Assembly (NCBI GenBank): GCA_049418705.1
Contig: JBMSJH010000001.1
Location: forward strand, 1-39,522
Reading direction: 5' to 3'
Length of the DNA stretch: 39,522 nt
Origin: Aquirufa sp.
Lineage (GTDB): Bacteria > Bacteroidota > Bacteroidia > Cytophagales > Spirosomataceae
Position 1 is the first letter of the stretch. Each line of letters begins with the position of its first letter. The translations under genes and the position numbers were made by a program. Below the pieces are notes generated by a model. That model was not told the DNA's origin, did not search any database, and saw only the letters and a program-made list of their open reading frames with translations. Below are positions 37,403 through 39,522 of this stretch, piece after piece.

Positions 37403-37848
37403 AAAGAAAAAGGAATCGAAGTCGCCGCTAGGTTACTTACGCCTTTCGCTAACAATTTGCCTTCCGCATTGTGCAACTTCGCTTCTACGTTCGCAATTTT
37501 CTTTCCCACGCGGTGAATCTCCGTTGTCACGGTAATCTTCTCATTCGCTTTTGCCCCAAACAAGAAGTCGATGTATAAATTGATCGTCACATACAAGTGA
37601 TCAATCTTCGCCGTAATCAGGGTCATCCCCATCATCTCGTCTAACATGGCAGAAATCACTCCGCCGTGTATCACACCTGCATGATTTAGGAAATCAGGAC
37701 GCACAATGAATTCGGCGGTTAATTTACCTGCTTCAGCCTTTACCAACGTTCCATCTAGCCATTTTCCAATGGGAGCGGGGTTGCCATCAGCAATTTTCTT
37801 GTTCAGATTCTCGTTTAAAAAAGCGAGTACTTGTTCGTTTGGTTCCAT
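37399..37848 (-). CDS. PaaI family thioesterase
   Basis: LNHAGVIHGGVISAMLDE hotdog motif. Confidence 0.88.
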   Translation of the reverse strand: MEPNEQVLAFLNENLNKKIADGNPAPIGKWLDGTLVKAEAGKLTAEFIVRPDFLNHAGVIHGGVISAMLDEMMGMTLITAKIDHLYVTINLYIDFLFGAKANEKITVTTEIHRVGKKIANVEAKLHNAEGKLLAKGVSNLAATSIPFSF

Positions 37849-37865
37849 CTTAGGCGGTTATTGTA

Positions 37866-38285
37866 TTAAATGCGAGACCAGGTAGAAGTCCTACCAAACA
37901 TCGCGATACCCACAAAACCACGAATATCTAATGTTTTGTTCCCGTCTTTTACTTTTAAAATGCAATCGTAGGTTTTGCCAGAATTTGGATCATAGATAGT
38001 CCCGTTTTCCCATGCTGAACCTGTGAATTTGAAGTTTTTTAAGATTATGGCCCCTAATAATTCACGGCTTCGTAATTTTTCGTCTGGGTTTTTCGCATCT
38101 TTTCTGCCTGGTGTTTTACCCCAAGATATTTTGCCGAAGTATTGATCCCCTTGTTTGAAAATGATGATTTTGCCATCTTTTTCCTGGGAAAGCCATTCGC
38201 CTAAAATGGCATCAGCGCCTGAATTTGCGAAGGTGGAAAGGGAAATAAATAAGAGTGTAATGAATGATAAAATTCTTTTTTTCAT
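37866..38285 (-). CDS. DUF2147 domain secreted protein
   Basis: Signal peptide from MKKRIL, then ILGEW, DAKNPD, WENGTIYDPNSGKTY and RGFVG..FGRTSTW. Confidence 0.85.
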   Translation of the reverse strand: MKKRILSFITLLFISLSTFANSGADAILGEWLSQEKDGKIIIFKQGDQYFGKISWGKTPGRKDAKNPDEKLRSRELLGAIILKNFKFTGSAWENGTIYDPNSGKTYDCILKVKDGNKTLDIRGFVGIAMFGRTSTWSRI

Positions 38286-38307
38286 TGTAGTTGATGGTTT
38301 ATGGTGA

Positions 38308-38370
38308 CAAATATACAAACGATTCTAGCATAATCAGGTTTGTGGCTATCAATAGGAATGCTTATTTTTG
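38308..38370. promoter_or_regulatory. Divergent sigmaA promoters for DUF2147 and comA
   Basis: On -, TATATTTG at 38308-38315. On +, TTTG (38339-38342), a 20-nt spacer, then TATTTTTG (38363-38370). Confidence 0.6.
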
Positions 38371-38413
38371 TAGATATTTGGCACAAAACCGTACCAATCC
38401 ATTAATAAACTAT

Positions 38414-39175
38414 ATGAATTATCATTTAAATCAAATTCCTGATCGTACAACTAAACCACGTCAAAAAGGTTTAACGATGGTGATGGATAAAGGACTAAGT
38501 CTTCGTCAAGTAGAGGATTTCCTAGAGACAGGCGCAGATTATACGGATATCGTTAAATTAGGTTGGGCGACTTCTTTTGTGACTCCTAATTTAAAAGAGA
38601 AGCTAGCTTTGTATAAGTCAGCAGGCATTCCGGTTTATTTTGGAGGTACGCTATTCGAAGCATTTTACATCCGTGGCCAGTTTGATGATTACCGCCGTGT
38701 TTTAGATGAATATGGAATGGAATATGCGGAAGTATCCGATGGTTCTATCGAAATGGAGTCTGATATCAAATGTGAATTAATTCGTACGTTGGCGTCACAA
38801 GTAACCGTGCTTTCAGAAGTAGGATCGAAGGACGAAGCGAAAATTATTCCTCCGTATAAGTGGATCAAATTAATGCGTATGGAATTAGAGGCCGGAGCTT
38901 GGAAAGTGATCGGTGAGGCGCGTGAGGGAGGTAATGTGGGTCTATTCCGTTCATCTGGAGAGGTTCGCCAAGGTTTAGTAGAAGAAATATTAACGGAAAT
39001 TCCAGAGGAGCGTATCATCTGGGAAGCACCGCAGAAATCCCAACAAGTTTGGTTCGTGAAACTCGTGGGAGCGAATGTAAATGTGGGAAATATTGCCCCT
39101 CAAGAGGTTATTTCATTAGAAACGATTCGTTTAGGATTACGTGGCGATACGTTTGACCACTTCTTAACGAAATAA
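38414..39175 (+). CDS. comA: Phosphosulfolactate synthase (ComA) family protein
   Basis: KPRQKGLTMVMDKG, VKLGWATS, GGTLFE, EVSDGSI, SEVGSK, IWEAPQKSQQ and LETIRLGLRGDT. Likely start MNYHL. Confidence 0.9.
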   Translation: MNYHLNQIPDRTTKPRQKGLTMVMDKGLSLRQVEDFLETGADYTDIVKLGWATSFVTPNLKEKLALYKSAGIPVYFGGTLFEAFYIRGQFDDYRRVLDEYGMEYAEVSDGSIEMESDIKCELIRTLASQVTVLSEVGSKDEAKIIPPYKWIKLMRMELEAGAWKVIGEAREGGNVGLFRSSGEVRQGLVEEILTEIPEERIIWEAPQKSQQVWFVKLVGANVNVGNIAPQEVISLETIRLGLRGDTFDHFLTK

Positions 39176-39180
39176 GTTCA

Positions 39181-39522
39181 ATGCTGCAGCTCCTTCTTGA
39201 TCTCTTAAAAGATCCTTTGACTTTTTTGTCTGAATTCATTGCCGCTCATGGCGCATTGACCTATGGTCTTTTGTTCCTGATCGTATTTGTGGAAACGGGT
39301 TTAGTCGTGATGCCCTTTTTACCGGGTGATTCCCTTTTATTTTCGGTGGGTTTATTAGCGGCCGCAAGTGGCGAATTATCGCTGGCTCCCGTGCTTCCTT
39401 TGTTAATTGGAGCGGCCCTTTTGGGTGATCAGGTGAATTACTTCATCGGAAAATACTTTAGCGGGATCATTCGTGAGCGCGAAAAGGTCCTTTTTTTAAA
39501 GCGCGAGCATATCGAGGAGACA
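39181..39522 (+). CDS. dedA: DedA/VTT family membrane protein, 5' part (missing from the ORF track)
   Basis: MLQLLLDLL...LLFLIVFVETGLVVMPFLPGDSLLFSVG...AALLGDQVNYFIG. Runs off the right edge. Confidence 0.9.
   Translation, partial: MLQLLLDLLKDPLTFLSEFIAAHGALTYGLLFLIVFVETGLVVMPFLPGDSLLFSVGLLAAASGELSLAPVLPLLIGAALLGDQVNYFIGKYFSGIIREREKVLFLKREHIEET

Noticed and set aside
38291-38413. Upstream extensions of the comA and DUF2147 ORFs (likewise dsbD, menI, ccmB, reductase)
   Set aside because: They run through promoter boxes or neighbouring genes; downstream ATGs fit family starts.
1-39522. CRISPR arrays, IS/integrase, prophage, tRNA/rRNA, defence genes; the many 60-140 aa antisense/shadow ORFs in the track
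   Set aside because: No repeat-spacer periodicity or relevant motifs seen by eye. The shadow ORFs lie within or largely overlap well-supported genes and lack recognisable features.

Overview
Gene-dense, mostly housekeeping stretch of a Bacteroidota chromosome. The TAnnTTTG promoters, absence of Shine-Dalgarno sites, Gln-after-signal-peptide proteins and gene content suggest a compact Cytophagales genome (inference). From left to right: 5' part of mfd; a TPP riboswitch controlling a stand-alone TonB-dependent (thiamine) receptor; GT2; TerC/Alx; a divergent AraC + PhyH dioxygenase pair; an unannotated 45-aa lipoprotein coupled to a secreted dienelactone hydrolase; a 1122-aa ThuA/sugar-dehydrogenase/PKD/cytochrome c/CBM fusion; ABC-F, tatC, glyA; DsbD; a frameshifted M3 oligoendopeptidase; a PaaE-like reductase, GHL10 and an orphan PhoB-like regulator; AI-2E; a histidine phosphatase-LytS-LytTR operon; menI-menF; a CNNM/CBS protein; a variant (CxxxY CcmE) ccmBCDEF operon divergent from feoAB with a Fur-like box; PaaI, DUF2147, comA and a partial dedA. 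I found no mobile element, CRISPR array, tRNA/rRNA or defence island, and I cannot support a clearly new multi-gene system. The best leads are the missed small lipoprotein, the atypical riboswitch platform, the pepF frameshift, the extended System I* Ccm operon with extra genes, the multidomain cytochrome-linked dehydrogenase, and orphan comA. All family calls come from motif recognition by eye, not from database searches.
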